From a virus (Duplodnaviria > Caudoviricetes), in IMG/VR virus record IMGVR_UViG_3300002307_000142, positions 1 through 34,142 of that record: 34,142 nt of DNA, one strand, 5' to 3'. Position numbers and translations under genes: made by a program. Shown piece after piece: positions 33,162 through 34,142 of the stretch (the stretch's first letter is position 1; each line of letters starts with the position of its first letter). A model generated the notes under the pieces. That model ran no database searches, had not been told where the DNA came from, and worked only from the letters and a program-made list of their open reading frames with translations.

Positions 33162-33556
33162 TGGTGGGGTTCCTTTGTCGGCAGGGGTGGAGAGAGGCGG
33201 CGGCGGGGCCGCTCGCCGGTCACGCGCGGTGCGGCGCCGCTGTCGGGCAGCGCCGCGGCCGCGTCAGGTCGGCCCGGCGGCGTCGGCTGCGGCTCGGCGG
33301 CCGGCGCAGGCCCGGGCACCGCAGGCTCTGGCGAAGCAAGTTCGGCCAGCGCCGCGCTGTTCGCCTCGGCGACGGCCGTGAAGCCGGCGATGGCTTCGGC
33401 GTCGGACTCGCCAATGCACTCGCCCTGTTCGTACTCCTCCGGCACCAGCATCGCGGCGCCGGAGGCGATCAGCTCCGCCGCCTCGGCCTCGCTGAAGCCG
33501 GCACATGCGCCGGCATTCAGCAGCCCGTGGGTGCGGAGCATGCGCAGGATCGGCAT
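33158..33556 (-). CDS. small head-associated hypothetical protein, N-terminus resembles 32904-33161
   Basis: LRMLRTHGLLNAGACAGFSEAEAAELIASGAA, then a Pro-rich tail; ATGA overlap. Confidence 0.6.
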   Translation of the reverse strand: MPILRMLRTHGLLNAGACAGFSEAEAAELIASGAAMLVPEEYEQGECIGESDAEAIAGFTAVAEANSAALAELASPEPAVPGPAPAAEPQPTPPGRPDAAAALPDSGAAPRVTGERPRRRLSPPLPTKEPHQ

Positions 33557-33559
33557 GGG

Positions 33560-34042
33560 TTACGCCGGCGGCAGGCGGTCGAAGCCGCTGAGGCTGGCGA
33601 ACACCGCCGTCTTCGCGGTGTCGGTGTTGGCGGCGCTCAGGTCCGGCGTGTGCTTCAGCCGGATGTAGCGCTTGGCGCTGCCGACATAGATCGGCAGGTT
33701 CGCCACGCCACGCTCGGTGCTGCCGCCGGTCCCGCCGGTGGCCACCACGCCGGGGTCGCCCGGGTTGCCGTAGCCCGAGGTATAGGCCACCCAGGTGCTG
33801 GCGTCGTCGCTGTGCTCGAAGGCGATGGTCTTCAGCGTCAGCGTCGCGGCCTGCGCCAGCACCGCCTCGTACAGGATGTGGAAGGTGGCGACGTTGCCCA
33901 CGCCCAGCGTGTTGCGGTCGATGGTGGTACCGGTGACGGCGGTGTTGTCGCCGGTGCCGCCGGCGGTCAGCGAGGTGAACGCCGCGGCGATCGCGCTCTT
34001 GCTGCGGTTGCCGGGGTCGTGCTGCGTCTGAATATCGGCCAT
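33560..34042 (-). CDS. putative capsid decoration/cement protein
   Basis: TGTTIDR...IAFEHSDDASTW...YVGSAKRYIRL; position upstream of the neck genes. Confidence 0.55.
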   Translation of the reverse strand: MADIQTQHDPGNRSKSAIAAAFTSLTAGGTGDNTAVTGTTIDRNTLGVGNVATFHILYEAVLAQAATLTLKTIAFEHSDDASTWVAYTSGYGNPGDPGVVATGGTGGSTERGVANLPIYVGSAKRYIRLKHTPDLSAANTDTAKTAVFASLSGFDRLPPA

Positions 34043-34142
34043 GTGCGGGCCCTTTCATGCGGAGGTTGCGGACGGGCGGCCCGGCCGCTGCCGGCAGCCG
34101 CAATGCGGTGCGGCACACCGGCGCCGGCTTGCGCCGGGCCGG

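Noticed and set aside
34118-34142. GC-rich hairpin with GCAA loop (minus strand) as a terminator
   Set aside because: No U-tract and truncated by the window edge, so it cannot be supported.

Overview
High-GC temperate phage genome segment, probably from an alphaproteobacterial host (inferred from GC content and a GcrA-like gene). Left arm (22-6372, + strand): early genes (GcrA-like regulator, ParB-domain, cupin-like, Zn-finger/MazG-like, DUF4326-like, Xis-like) ending in a tyrosine integrase. An intact-looking attP follows (tRNA 3'-end-like core flanked by TCCAACCC arm-like repeats). Right arm (10949-34042, - strand): HK97/SPP1-type neck genes, a Mu-like contractile tail with a -1 frameshifted chaperone, a P22 immI-like arc/mnt/antirepressor insert with a Pmp3 moron, tail fibres, an SGNH esterase and a holin/GH19 endolysin/spanin lysis cassette. 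The most unusual part lies between attP and a Hin/Pin-type serine recombinase (6502-9771): about 12 small overlapping minus-strand ORFs. Nearly all carry an in-frame ACCACC (Thr-Thr) motif 6-11 codons after the start, and three duplicated blocks break at that motif. This suggests an integron-like, translationally fused cassette array. It includes a 73-bp inverted-repeat mini-element flanked by a GTGGT duplication. All calls come from reading the sequence by eye; no searches were run.
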